A DNA stretch of 64,000 nucleotides from Candidatus Poribacteria bacterium. Lineage in GTDB: Bacteria > Poribacteria > WGA-4E > WGA-3G. Where the stretch lies: contig JAJDTM010000050.1 of assembly GCA_022827185.1 (NCBI GenBank), forward strand, positions 4,743 through 68,742, in the 5' to 3' direction. The notes below the pieces were generated by a model. It saw nothing but the letters and a program-made list of their open reading frames with translations, made no database searches and was not told where the DNA came from. How positions within the stretch are numbered: position 1 is the stretch's first letter; each line of letters opens with the position of its first letter. Shown in pieces: positions 8,198-19,661 of this stretch. The position numbers and the translations under genes were made by a program.

Positions 8198-10252
8198 ATG
8201 AAACAAAATCGAAGACCGGCACCCTTTAATGCCGTGCCGGATGATACCGAAGGCACTACATGGGCATTGCCAGAAGGGGCAATTGCCCGATTGGGAAAAG
8301 GTAATTTGCGTAGTGTGAAACCGTCCCCAAATGGCACGTATTTCGCCGTCGCAACGGGTATAGGTCTCTGGTGGTATGAAATATCATCAGATGCTCCCAT
8401 AGCGTTGTGGGAAACAGAGCGTGGGATGATCTCCGCTGTCGATTTTTCGCAAGACGGCGAGTGGATTGCTATCGCCAATTATGACGGTGTTATTAAGGTC
8501 GTGGACATTCAGAGTGGTGAATGCCTCGCGCAGATGAAGCCGATGGAAGAACATAATATCTATTGGCACATTAACTTTTCTCCGGATCGTCAGTGGATTG
8601 CTACCGCGAATTGGCATGGCAACGTTGAGGTGTTAGATGTGCATCAAGGTGTCTGCATCGCAGGAATGGATCGAGGCGAGCGTGAAGTTGAATCAGCTGA
8701 TATTTACCGATTGGAATTCTCTCCAAATGGACAGTACGTCGCTGCGACTGCAGATAATCTTGGCACAGAAGGCACACAAACTTACATCTGGTGCCCTGAA
8801 ACAGGTAAGTTAATTTTCAAGTTTGCGGGTGGAAATTTTAGCTTCTCTGAGGATAGTTATCTATTGGCAGGGGTGACTTCTGACGAACCCATAGGTGATG
8901 CTGATCCTATTAATCACTACATTTCAGTATGGAATGTAAAGACAAGTGAACGTATCTCTCACTTTAGAGTGAAAAGGGCTTGGATGGATACTATTACCTT
9001 TTCGCCTTGCAGTAATTTCCTCACATCCAGTAGTAGAGATGAAAACCTACGCGTGTGGGACGTGACAAAAGGTGTGCAAAAGATGGTTTATACTGACTTC
9101 CAAACGTCTCGGACAGTCCCATTTTATTCGACAGATGGGGAGTTATTCGCGATTGTAGATGGACAGGACACCATTGAAGTCTGGAATGTGGAACGCCGTG
9201 AAAAAATAGAAATTCCAGAACTACATCCGAGGAGTATTGATGCCGCATGGTTTAGAGAATTTCCGCGGTTAGCTCTCGCCGAAATTCACACCGACACTAC
9301 ATCAAACAAAAAGACGCAAACTGGCAACATACATACATTCTCAACACTTCGTGAACCCGATTGTTTCCCAGATCCGGTGCTGTTTTTGCCGGATGGAGAG
9401 ACACTGGCGATAAGAGGTCATCGGACCGGTATTGTGCTATGGGATGTTGAAAGTAAGCAGGTTCGGGAAACATTATTGAAGGATACACGCATCACCTTTT
9501 TTACTGTTTTGCCTTCCGGAAATATGCTAGCTGCCCATAGTGAAGACAACACCGTCAAAGTTTGGGATGCCGGGAAACCTGATGCACCGATTGCAGAATT
9601 CACTGAAACCGATCCGGTCCGATTAATATGGAATATCGCATTCGCACCGACAGGGAATCGGCTTGCGGTTGGGAGCAGAGAAGGCGCAATTTATCTATGG
9701 GATTTCATACGTCAAGAGCGGTTGAAACCGTTGATAGGGCATACCGAACACATTTGGTCGGTGTGCTTCTCACCAGATGGCAAACGACTGGTAAGTGGTT
9801 CAGATGATAGAATCGCCCGGCTGTGGGACGTTGAATCTGGCGAAGAGATTGCAACATTGCCATTAGGTAAACCTCGGACACTTATGGAGATAGCATTTTC
9901 GCCGTGTGGTAACTTGATTGCCGGTGGGATGTCCGGCGAACTCCGTTTATGGTGTGCAGAAAATCTGACAACGCTTTTTGCAATACCACAACCAGGGACG
10001 CGCGAACCGTATGCCTTGGCATTCTCACCGTGTGGACGTTATCTGGCATCCGGCACATGGTGGGAGACGGGAATGGAAAAGATGGCAATTCGGTTATGGG
10101 ATGTGGCAAGTGGTGAAAATATTGCGACGCTCTGGGGACATCCGACAGATATTCAGTCGCTTGCATTTTCGCCAGATGGCACACTTTTGGCGACTGGCAG
10201 TTTTGAGTGCACAACCCTCCTCTGGGATTTGAAACCTTATATAGGTTTGTAA
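8198..10252 (+). CDS. WD40 repeat protein (about 685 aa, probably two beta-propellers)
   Basis: Repeated F/ISPDG...A.....I.VWDV units run throughout. AAGGAG lies 5 nt upstream of the ATG at 8198, and the upstream ORF extension from 8090 has no support. Confidence 0.88.
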   Translation: MKQNRRPAPFNAVPDDTEGTTWALPEGAIARLGKGNLRSVKPSPNGTYFAVATGIGLWWYEISSDAPIALWETERGMISAVDFSQDGEWIAIANYDGVIKVVDIQSGECLAQMKPMEEHNIYWHINFSPDRQWIATANWHGNVEVLDVHQGVCIAGMDRGEREVESADIYRLEFSPNGQYVAATADNLGTEGTQTYIWCPETGKLIFKFAGGNFSFSEDSYLLAGVTSDEPIGDADPINHYISVWNVKTSERISHFRVKRAWMDTITFSPCSNFLTSSSRDENLRVWDVTKGVQKMVYTDFQTSRTVPFYSTDGELFAIVDGQDTIEVWNVERREKIEIPELHPRSIDAAWFREFPRLALAEIHTDTTSNKKTQTGNIHTFSTLREPDCFPDPVLFLPDGETLAIRGHRTGIVLWDVESKQVRETLLKDTRITFFTVLPSGNMLAAHSEDNTVKVWDAGKPDAPIAEFTETDPVRLIWNIAFAPTGNRLAVGSREGAIYLWDFIRQERLKPLIGHTEHIWSVCFSPDGKRLVSGSDDRIARLWDVESGEEIATLPLGKPRTLMEIAFSPCGNLIAGGMSGELRLWCAENLTTLFAIPQPGTREPYALAFSPCGRYLASGTWWETGMEKMAIRLWDVASGENIATLWGHPTDIQSLAFSPDGTLLATGSFECTTLLWDLKPYIGL

Positions 10253-10320
10253 AGCCTACTAACATACATTCAAAATAAGGTTATCACGAAGGACTTACGC
10301 ACCTTCATTAAACACCGCTT

Positions 10321-10412
10321 TACTGACGACTACTGATTACTGAAAACTCTCACTGCGAGGCAAACCGATAACTGATAACCATTTCTCTGACTGCTGATGG
10401 CTGATAGCCGAC
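10321..10412. repeat. Dispersed heptamer-type (STRR-like) repeat element
   Basis: The sequence is tactgacgactactgattactgaaaactctcactgcgaggcaaaccgataactgataacc...ctgactgctgatggctgatagccgac. It shares CTCACTGCGA(A/G)G...ACTGATAACTGATAAC with 24642..24693 and the 19-mer CTGACTGCTGATGGCTGAT with 51941..51966. Confidence 0.7.
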
Positions 10413-10432
10413 CGCCTTTTCCAAAAATATAT

Positions 10433-10462
10433 TTGACATCATTCCCTCCTGTAGTGTATGAT
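10433..10462 (+). promoter_or_regulatory. Candidate sigma70-type promoter for gnd
   Basis: TTGACA (10433-10438), an 18-nt spacer, then TATGAT (10457-10462). It lies about 35 nt upstream of the TAGGAGGA RBS and the TTG start. Confidence 0.45.
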
Positions 10463-10497
10463 ATGCAAAACAGACACTACTATAGGAGGAAACAGAT

Positions 10498-11961
<1,464 letters not shown>

Positions 11962-12031
11962 AAGAAAGTAGCAGGCACGCTCCGCCGTGCCGTAGCCCAA
12001 GGCACTAAGCGTTTTTTTGAAAGGAAAACAC

Positions 12032-12928
12032 ATGACTCAAGGCCCCCAACAAGCACTCTATGATTTTGAACCGCAGCACGAGTTTTTCGTAGGCATCGAC
12101 TCGGACGGTTGTGTTTTCAACAGCATGGAGGTCAAACACAACGACTGCTTCAGCGTGAACCTCGTCAAGCATTTCGGATTGGCGTCTATCTCACGACAGG
12201 TGCATCAGGCATGGGATTTCGTGAATCTCTACTCAAAGACACGTGGCACAAATCGGTTTAAGGCGATTCTACTGGTGTGCGATTTCTTACGCGAGATGCC
12301 GCTTGTGCAGAAGATGGGTGTCTCGGTCCCCGAACTCCCTTACCTACGTGAATGGTCAGAAACGGAAACAAAACTTGGCAATCCCGCACTACAAGCCGCA
12401 ATTGACAACGCAACAGACGAAAGACTTGACGAACTCAGCCAAGTGATGGAATGGAGTCTCGGCGTGAACGAAAGTGTCGCTGAGATTGTCTATAACCTAC
12501 CACCCTTTCCTGGCGTGCGTGAAACATTACAACAGCTGCAAGGCAAAGCGGATATTATCGTTGTCTCCGCTACACCGGACGAAGCACTCCAACGCGAATG
12601 GGATGAACACGAAATTGATACCTACGTCGCACTGATCGCCGGACAGGAGATGGGTACGAAAACGGAGCATCTTACGATAACGACGAAAGACAGGTATCCC
12701 GAAAACCATGTCTTGATGCTCGGCGATTCACCCGGCGACCTGAAAGCGGCACAAGATGTCGGTGCGTTGTTCTTCCCCGTCAATCCGGGTGCCGAGGACA
12801 CATCGTGGCAACTCTTCCTTGATGAAGCGATGGAAAAGTTTTTTAGCGGTCAATACGCTGGTGCTTATGAGGACGCGTTGATTGACGAGTTTCAGGAATT
12901 GTTGCCGGAAACCCCACCGTGGCAATAA
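12032..12928 (+). CDS. HAD superfamily hydrolase
   Basis: Motif I-like GIDSDGCVF near the N-terminus and motif IV-like MLGDSPGDLKAA. The ATG at 12032 is preferred over the TTG at 12017. Confidence 0.75.
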   Translation: MTQGPQQALYDFEPQHEFFVGIDSDGCVFNSMEVKHNDCFSVNLVKHFGLASISRQVHQAWDFVNLYSKTRGTNRFKAILLVCDFLREMPLVQKMGVSVPELPYLREWSETETKLGNPALQAAIDNATDERLDELSQVMEWSLGVNESVAEIVYNLPPFPGVRETLQQLQGKADIIVVSATPDEALQREWDEHEIDTYVALIAGQEMGTKTEHLTITTKDRYPENHVLMLGDSPGDLKAAQDVGALFFPVNPGAEDTSWQLFLDEAMEKFFSGQYAGAYEDALIDEFQELLPETPPWQ

Positions 12929-13026
12929 AGAGAAAACGGAAGGTTGGAAGACGCACACTTTCTCATCTACCTCCTTCCACTCTCCCACTCTCCTAATTAC
13001 CCATATTACATTATGAAAGGAAATTT

Positions 13027-13977
13027 ATGAAAATTCTACTCCAAGGACGTGTTGAAGGTGAACTCCTCGAGAGACTGGAAAGCATCGTGGGCGATGAACA
13101 CACCTTTGTAATCCCAGGTTCACGTGAGGAACTCGTTGAAGAAGGCAAAGATGCCGATATCTTCTACGGATATTGCAGTGAAGACCTTTTCCCGCACTTT
13201 CCGAACATCAAATGGATTCAATCCACCAGTGCGGGTATGGATCGGCACATGTATCCCGCGCTCCGTGAAAGCGATGTTATCCTAACGAACGCCGCAGGCT
13301 TGTACGCCAAGCACGTTGCAGATCAAGCCTTCGCACTCCTGCTCGGTTTGGCGCGCGGTATCCACGAATCCGTTCGGAATCAGGATAAGCATCAATGGGG
13401 CGGCAGCCGTAGCATGCCGATGATAGAGATCGACGGGTTCAAGATCGGTATCGTTGGGATGGGCGGTATCGGGATGGAGATGGCGAAGCGCGCAAAAGGT
13501 TTTGATATGTACGTCATGGCTGCCGATGCCTACCGCACCGATAAACCGGATAACGTCGATGAACTGTTGCCGATGGATCAACTCTCAAACATGATGAGCC
13601 AGGTGGATGTCGTGATGATTGCGTGTCCATTGACTGAGGAGACACGCGGTCTTATCAATAAGGATAACTTATCCGTGATGCAACCGACGGCGTTCTTTAT
13701 TAACGTCGCCCGCGGTCCGATTGTTAACGAATCCGATCTGATTGAGATTTTGCAAGCCGGTACAATCGCTGCCGCTGGCTTGGATGTCACGGAAACTGAG
13801 CCGCTCCAAGCAGACAGTCCGTTATGGGATTTTCACAACGTTATCATTTCGCCACATTCTGCGGGGGGTTCACAGCATCGCCCCCGCCGTATCACTGAGT
13901 TCTTCTTGGATAACTTGGAACGGTATCTGAAGGGTGAAGAATTGAAAAATATTGTGAATAAGCAACTCGGATTTTAG
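13027..13977 (+). CDS. D-isomer-specific 2-hydroxyacid dehydrogenase family, NAD-binding
   Basis: GIVGMGGIGMEMAKRA dinucleotide fold, a NVARG motif (FINVARGPIV) and GLDV..EP...SPLW near the C-terminus. Confidence 0.88.
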   Translation: MKILLQGRVEGELLERLESIVGDEHTFVIPGSREELVEEGKDADIFYGYCSEDLFPHFPNIKWIQSTSAGMDRHMYPALRESDVILTNAAGLYAKHVADQAFALLLGLARGIHESVRNQDKHQWGGSRSMPMIEIDGFKIGIVGMGGIGMEMAKRAKGFDMYVMAADAYRTDKPDNVDELLPMDQLSNMMSQVDVVMIACPLTEETRGLINKDNLSVMQPTAFFINVARGPIVNESDLIEILQAGTIAAAGLDVTETEPLQADSPLWDFHNVIISPHSAGGSQHRPRRITEFFLDNLERYLKGEELKNIVNKQLGF

Positions 13978-14000
13978 CAGAAATATTGATTTCTCCCAAT

Positions 14001-14032
14001 AGCCTCGGTCCCATGACCGAGGCACTGCTTTT
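14001..14032 (+). terminator. Rho-independent terminator candidate after the dehydrogenase gene
   Basis: Perfect 9-bp stem GCCTCGGTC/GACCGAGGC with loop CCAT, followed by actgcttttc. Confidence 0.55.
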
Positions 14033-14037
14033 CAAAC

Positions 14038-14205
14038 CATGATTGAATACAAAGGTTACGTCGGAGTCGTTGATTTTGATCCAGAGATAACCGCTTCTTA
14101 TGGAGCAAATGAACTCGCAACGTATGGAGTACTCATGAGAGGCACTGACAGAATGTGTAAAATTACCAATCCAATTTATCTACATTCAAGAGATGCCGCT
14201 CGGTA
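14038..14205 (+). pseudogene. Possible HicB-family antitoxin remnant (55-codon ORF, only the first ~17 aa family-like)
   Basis: By my own translation the ORF starts MIEYKGYVGVVDFDPEI, the typical HicB N-terminal strand (xYKGYxGxVefD). The rest has no resemblance and no hicA is adjacent. Confidence 0.3.
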
Positions 14206-14227
14206 GCTATCCCTTCTCTCCAATCTG

Positions 14228-16336
14228 CTATGAATCTTCAGCCTCAATCCGCACGGCACAGAATTTCAATTCCGGTTGCTTGGATACCGGATCAAACGCT
14301 GGATTTGTCACATAATTCGCATTGGTTTCGGCGTGGAAGAGATCGCCCCAGTGGAACGGCGTGAAAAGCAAGCCTCGACGAATCGCCTCTGTGACGCGTG
14401 CTTTCGCATAACACCTGCCACGTCGTCCTACAAGATAGACCCACTCACCGTCTTGAACGTCATTTTCCACAGCATCGTCCGGATGGATTTCTACAAACGG
14501 TTCCGGTTCCTTACGGACCAACTGCGGTACCTTACCCGTCCGGGTGCGGGTATGCCACTGGCTCTCAATCCGTCCCGTCGTCAAACCGAGCGGGAACTCC
14601 TCATTTACATCTTCATCGGGTGGCTGATAGACCGGCGTTTTGAATTGTGCCTTCTCTGAATCGGTGAAAAACTTCGTGCGGACGTAGCGGCGCGCCGTGC
14701 CTGGGTGCCGTGGATGTGGACAGGGCCAGTGTAATGATGTTTTCGCGAGCCGTTCGTTCGTCATCCCCATCTGATCGCACGGGGTGCCTGCTGTTAACAT
14801 CCGATATTCATCCCAGATCTCTTCAGCGGTATAGAAATCGAAATTCCGTTTGAATCCCATCGCTCTTGCGACCTGTGTGAATATCCACCAATCTGGCTTC
14901 GCTTCACCCGGCGGAGTCAGGAACTGATCGCTTCGGACGACAAGCCGTTCACTATTCGTCATCGTGCCTTGCTTTTCACCCCACTGTGCTGCGGGAAGTA
15001 GCACATCCGCATATTCCGCTGTCTCTGTCGGGTAATAGCAATCCTGCACGATGACCAAGTCCGCACGGCGCAGTCCTTCTTGTGATACCTTTGTATCCGG
15101 CATGCTGACGGCTGGGTTGGTGCAAGCGATCCAGAGTGCGCGAACTTTTCCCTCGGCTGCTGCTTCAAACATCGGTACCGCTGTCAATCCGGGTTTTGAA
15201 TCAATGCTACCCGGTGGCACACGCCACGCGCCTTCCAGATAAGCACGATGCATATCATTGGTGACGACACGATAACCGGGCAGCTGGTGAGACAGATAAC
15301 CGACCTCTCTACCACCCATCGCATTCGGTTGCCCTGTCAACGAAAACGGACCAGCACCCCTTCTACCGACTTCACCTAACTGGAGATGCAGATTGATGAG
15401 TGCGACATTTTTATCAACACCGCTTGTGCTCTGATTGGTGCCTTGGCAGTAAAAACTGAGCAATCGACTCGGTTTAGAGAGGTATTCAACAATCTCGTCG
15501 ATACGTGCTGGATGAATATCGCAAGTAGTAAGGAGGGCATCCTCATCTAAGCTTTTCAAATGTTCTTCGTAAGCACTGAAGTTTTCAGTACTCCTTCGGA
15601 CAAAGCGTCTGTTAATCCGCCCTACGGCAAGGAGACGTTTCGCGATGAGTTGGAGGAAGGCAACGTCGCTCCCAGGTGCAAGCGGCACATGGATATCTGA
15701 GAAGTCTGCTGTCTTCGTGCGGCGCGGATCCACAGCGATAATCCGTACACCCGGATCTAATGCCCGCCGTTTCCGAATCATCTGGAAAAGCACGGGATGG
15801 TTCACCGCCATATTCGCGCCGATAATCAGAAAGACATCGGCATGTTGAATATCGTCATAGCAGGTAGGGGGACCGTCTGAACCGAATGCCTGCATGTAAC
15901 CGACCACCGCTGACGACATACAGAGCCGACTGTTTGTGTCTACGTTATTCGTGCGGAGGAATCCTTTGAACAATTTGTTGAAAACATAGGAAGTTTCTGT
16001 ATCCAACTGTCCAGACCCGTAGAGCGCGATGGAATCTTTACCGTGCTCTAACTGAATTTCCTGCAGCCGATTTGCTGTGAAAGCGATCGCTTCGTCCCAC
16101 GAAACTTTGCGCGGGGGTTCACCGCGTCGATCCCGGATCATAGGATACGCGAGTCTACCGTCATGATTTTGAAAGACCTGTTTCAAATGTGCACCTTTTG
16201 GGCAGAGCATTCCGTAATTTGGAGCGACATCGTCGTCCGCTGAGATTCTCGTAATTTTATTATCTTGGACGGTTGCTCGAATAACGCAACCGACACCACA
16301 ATAGGGACATACCGCTTTTCCTGTTGAGTTTTCCAT
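14228..16336 (-). CDS. narB: Assimilatory nitrate reductase catalytic subunit (molybdopterin oxidoreductase, NarB/NasA type)
   Basis: N-terminal 4Fe-4S motif CPYCGVGCVI...C, MopB-family length, a C-terminal molybdopterin dinucleotide-binding region, and its position in the nitrate cluster. Confidence 0.92.
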   Translation of the reverse strand: MENSTGKAVCPYCGVGCVIRATVQDNKITRISADDDVAPNYGMLCPKGAHLKQVFQNHDGRLAYPMIRDRRGEPPRKVSWDEAIAFTANRLQEIQLEHGKDSIALYGSGQLDTETSYVFNKLFKGFLRTNNVDTNSRLCMSSAVVGYMQAFGSDGPPTCYDDIQHADVFLIIGANMAVNHPVLFQMIRKRRALDPGVRIIAVDPRRTKTADFSDIHVPLAPGSDVAFLQLIAKRLLAVGRINRRFVRRSTENFSAYEEHLKSLDEDALLTTCDIHPARIDEIVEYLSKPSRLLSFYCQGTNQSTSGVDKNVALINLHLQLGEVGRRGAGPFSLTGQPNAMGGREVGYLSHQLPGYRVVTNDMHRAYLEGAWRVPPGSIDSKPGLTAVPMFEAAAEGKVRALWIACTNPAVSMPDTKVSQEGLRRADLVIVQDCYYPTETAEYADVLLPAAQWGEKQGTMTNSERLVVRSDQFLTPPGEAKPDWWIFTQVARAMGFKRNFDFYTAEEIWDEYRMLTAGTPCDQMGMTNERLAKTSLHWPCPHPRHPGTARRYVRTKFFTDSEKAQFKTPVYQPPDEDVNEEFPLGLTTGRIESQWHTRTRTGKVPQLVRKEPEPFVEIHPDDAVENDVQDGEWVYLVGRRGRCYAKARVTEAIRRGLLFTPFHWGDLFHAETNANYVTNPAFDPVSKQPELKFCAVRIEAEDS

Positions 16337-16487
16337 TTTTTAATTATTAGGTTTCTGCTCCGACTTTTCCGTTTTCAAAACCGGGTTTTTGGGTTAGTTT
16401 GAAGTATGTTGGTTATGAAATATTTATGGTAAATATGTAGGGTACCCCTTGTGGCTACCCGCAAACTCGCTCAATAGGCGTATGGGA

Positions 16488-17837
16488 TTAAGACAAAGCA
16501 CCTTCGGCTTTTAGGCGTTGTCTCTCTGCGAGTGCTGCATCAAACGCCTTCTTCTCTGCGGCTTGAACTGCAGGCGAGAACCTTACCAATACTGTGGTAA
16601 CCGAGGCGACTGCAACCATTACACCGAGATATAGCAAGCCTTGCTGCATCGTGATACTTTCGGATCGGAACAGGAAACCGGCTGCAACGGCGCCCGCGTT
16701 TCCACCTGCACCGACAATACCGGCAACGGCTCCCAATGCTTTCCTGTTGATAAATGGAACGATACCAAACGTAGCACCTTCGGACATCTGCACGAAGAGA
16801 CTGAAGACAATCATTGCGCCGACAGCGAGGATAAGTACCGCCATCTGTGAGAACAGTATCAACATGACCCCTTCACCTAACAGCACAACAAAGAGGAACA
16901 TAACACGCCCGCGGAGCCCCATCCTTTTCGCAAAGAAATCGGAGAAAAACCCACCGAGACTCCGTGCAAAAATATTCATTACACCGAACAAGCCAGCGAT
17001 AAGTCCTGCTGTCCTAACATCCAATTGGAACTGATCGTGATAGTAGAGCGCGGCGACGTTGTTAATGGTGAGTTCTACCCCGAAACAGGCGGCATAAATG
17101 ACGAAAAGTGCCCAGACCCGGTAATCTTTAATCGCTAGCATGAAAGATTCCATGCCTTTGCCTTCCGAAGGTTCAAGTTCACCGCGTTCACGGAGTTCTT
17201 TATAGTTTCCATCCGGTGCGTCTTGGGTCAAGAAGTAGTAAGCAAACCCAGTGATAAACAGCGCAACGCCGGGGATGACCATTGCCAACCGCCATCCGAG
17301 GAATTCATTCACACCGAAACTAAGGACAGCCGTAAAAACGAGCGGCATCACCATCTGCGTGACACCGCCACCGAGGTTACCCCATCCCGCCGTTGTTGCA
17401 TTCGCAGTGCCGACACAGTTCGGTGCGAACATCACCGAAGTGTGATATTGCGTGATGACAAACGATGCACCAATCGCACCGATTGCTAACCGAAATAGTA
17501 GAAACGTTTCGTAATTCTGGGAAAGTCCGATACCCATGACCGGCAATGAACCGAAGATCAACAACCATGTATACGCTTTTCGGGAACCGATCTTATCGCA
17601 AAGCGGTCCGATTAAGACGCGAACCAATACCGTAATTGCGACAGAGGCGATAATCGTATTACCGATTTCTGCTTTTGTTAACATCAGATCTTCACGCACG
17701 ATTGCCATAAGTGGTGCGACGCCAAACCAACCGAAAAATGCGAGGAAGAACGCGAACCATGTGGTATGGAAAGTGCGCATCTGGACGGTTTTTAGACTAA
17801 AGAGATTTATCTGTGTCGCTTTATTTTTGATGTTCAT
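16488..17837 (-). CDS. MFS nitrate/nitrite transporter (NarK/NrtP family)
   Basis: Twelve-TM MFS profile with a NarK-like N-terminus (TFHTTWFAFFLAFFGWFGVAPL) and glycine-rich motifs GWGNLGGG and AGGNAG. It lies between nirA and narB. Confidence 0.9.
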   Translation of the reverse strand: MNIKNKATQINLFSLKTVQMRTFHTTWFAFFLAFFGWFGVAPLMAIVREDLMLTKAEIGNTIIASVAITVLVRVLIGPLCDKIGSRKAYTWLLIFGSLPVMGIGLSQNYETFLLFRLAIGAIGASFVITQYHTSVMFAPNCVGTANATTAGWGNLGGGVTQMVMPLVFTAVLSFGVNEFLGWRLAMVIPGVALFITGFAYYFLTQDAPDGNYKELRERGELEPSEGKGMESFMLAIKDYRVWALFVIYAACFGVELTINNVAALYYHDQFQLDVRTAGLIAGLFGVMNIFARSLGGFFSDFFAKRMGLRGRVMFLFVVLLGEGVMLILFSQMAVLILAVGAMIVFSLFVQMSEGATFGIVPFINRKALGAVAGIVGAGGNAGAVAAGFLFRSESITMQQGLLYLGVMVAVASVTTVLVRFSPAVQAAEKKAFDAALAERQRLKAEGALS

Positions 17838-17960
17838 AAACTTTTCAGACTTTAAGAATAGCAGCCTAAATCTATTCCAAAGTCGTCATCTTCCTTTCTA
17901 TAATGTGTGTTAATTTAAGTTGTGCGCGTGGTGACGCACGAGTTACTTCACCCGTCCGCC

Positions 17961-19538
17961 TTACCTACGTGAAAGATAAGGGATGAGTCCTTCAAGTACT
18001 TGCGGTAAATCATCGCAAGGCACATTTTCCAATACTTTGGGCGCGACTTTAGGGTTCGCGCTGGCATCTCCCTTGAGAAACACATCCACTGCATCGGTAA
18101 CGACACCCTCAATCTTAATCTTCTTGCCGAGGAGTCCAATATCAGCGGCAGCGTGGTTGCCACATCCGTTTGGACAGCCAGACCAGTGTATCGTCAACGG
18201 CTTGGTATTGCCGAGTTTCGCTTCCATATGTCGGATTGCCTCCATGGCGCGTTCTTTCGTTTCAATAAGCGAGAAATGGCAATAGTCGATGCCTGTGCAA
18301 CTCACCATACCTCTCATGATTTCCGAGGGGTCGTAGCGAAGCTGTTGTAGGAGCGGTTCGGCGGTTAAGTCGCCGATCTTTGTGTCCGGTACGTTGGTGA
18401 TAATCAGATTCTGTCCCTGCGTGAGGCGGATGTCGCCGTTCCCATATTCATCTGCAAGTCGGGCGACCTCAAAAAGCTGCGTCGTTGTGATGCGTCCGAC
18501 AGGTACAACAAGTCCGACGTAGTTGAGATGTGGCTCTTTCTGTGAGAAGATACCGGTGTGGTCGGTTTTCTTTTTCCCGCGAGCATCTTTACCAGCTGTC
18601 AGGAGTGGCTGTTTTCTGTGCCGACGACGCTCTAATTCTTCTCGGAATTTTTCTACACCCCAATCTGCAATCAGAAAAGCAAGCCGAGATTTATTGCGAG
18701 CTGTCCGAGGTCCGTGATCTCGAAAAATCAGTGTAATATCCGCACACAAAACTGAGGCTTCTTCGGGGACAACAAACACATCAAGCGGTTGTGCAACAGT
18801 ATAACCACCCGACCCCATTTTTCCACCGACAGCGACGTTAAAACCGTTCTTCTCTTGACCATCGACCTCTTTTACTGCAGGCGTAAGGGCAATGTCCTGT
18901 GAGGCGGTATGGGTACAGTTATCCAGGCACCCCGTAATGCCGACATTAAACTTGCGTGGAATATCGGTAAATTCCTTATTACCGACAATGAGGTTTGTGA
19001 ATTCCTGGCAGACGTGCGAAGCATCAAAGAGTTCATTAGGCGTTAACCCAGCAACGGGACATCCAATCACACCACGAATGTTATCAAAGCCTGTTTGGAG
19101 TGAACCTAAGCCGACCTCTTCAAGCCGATTCCAAATGTGCTGGACGTTCTCAATTGTGAAGCCACGGAGTTGTATCTGCTGACGCGTCGTGAGATCCACA
19201 AATCCGGGGCCGTGTGCTTCACTGATTTCGGCGATGGCGCGAAACTGCTCAGCGTTGCTAAAACCGCTGGACATACGGAGACGCATCATAAATGCCCCCG
19301 GTGTCTGTTTCCGGTAAAAGACACCTACCCATTTGAGTCGATCGCGTTCGTTCGGTGGAATTGATTCCCAGCCGTCCCGAATGTAGTTCGGAATATCGTT
19401 AATCACCTCAAGCCCGTTTTTCTGTTGCTTGAGGGCTTCCGCAGCGTTTATTTTCGGTTTCCCTTTTTTGATAGCTGCCGTTGGTGCTGAGCGCACCTTT
19501 CGGCTTGCAGGAATAATTCTCTTTTTTGATTCGTTCAC
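17961..19538 (-). CDS. nirA: Ferredoxin-nitrite reductase (siroheme/4Fe-4S)
   Basis: Two nitrite/sulfite reductase half-domains with cluster cysteines (SCTGIDYC...GCPNGCG). GTG start preceded by AAGGAGG. Confidence 0.92.
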   Translation of the reverse strand: MNESKKRIIPASRKVRSAPTAAIKKGKPKINAAEALKQQKNGLEVINDIPNYIRDGWESIPPNERDRLKWVGVFYRKQTPGAFMMRLRMSSGFSNAEQFRAIAEISEAHGPGFVDLTTRQQIQLRGFTIENVQHIWNRLEEVGLGSLQTGFDNIRGVIGCPVAGLTPNELFDASHVCQEFTNLIVGNKEFTDIPRKFNVGITGCLDNCTHTASQDIALTPAVKEVDGQEKNGFNVAVGGKMGSGGYTVAQPLDVFVVPEEASVLCADITLIFRDHGPRTARNKSRLAFLIADWGVEKFREELERRRHRKQPLLTAGKDARGKKKTDHTGIFSQKEPHLNYVGLVVPVGRITTTQLFEVARLADEYGNGDIRLTQGQNLIITNVPDTKIGDLTAEPLLQQLRYDPSEIMRGMVSCTGIDYCHFSLIETKERAMEAIRHMEAKLGNTKPLTIHWSGCPNGCGNHAAADIGLLGKKIKIEGVVTDAVDVFLKGDASANPKVAPKVLENVPCDDLPQVLEGLIPYLSRR

Positions 19539-19555
19539 CTTTGAACCTCCTTGGA

Positions 19556-19655
19556 ATAGTTATCAGTTGTCGGTTTTCAGTTAAGAGACCACTTGTGGTA
19601 GTCGCTTTTTGGATTCCGTCCTCCACGGTTTCTGACCGATAACTGACACCCGATG
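19556..19655. repeat. Heptamer-type (STRR-like) repeat copy inside the nirA 5' UTR
   Basis: The minus strand reads ...ACTACCACAAGTGGTCTCTTAACTGAAAACCGACAACTGATAACTATTCC just before the RBS. The architecture is the same as the copies at 24642..24693 and 51863..51969. Confidence 0.6.
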
Positions 19656-19661
19656 ACTCAT

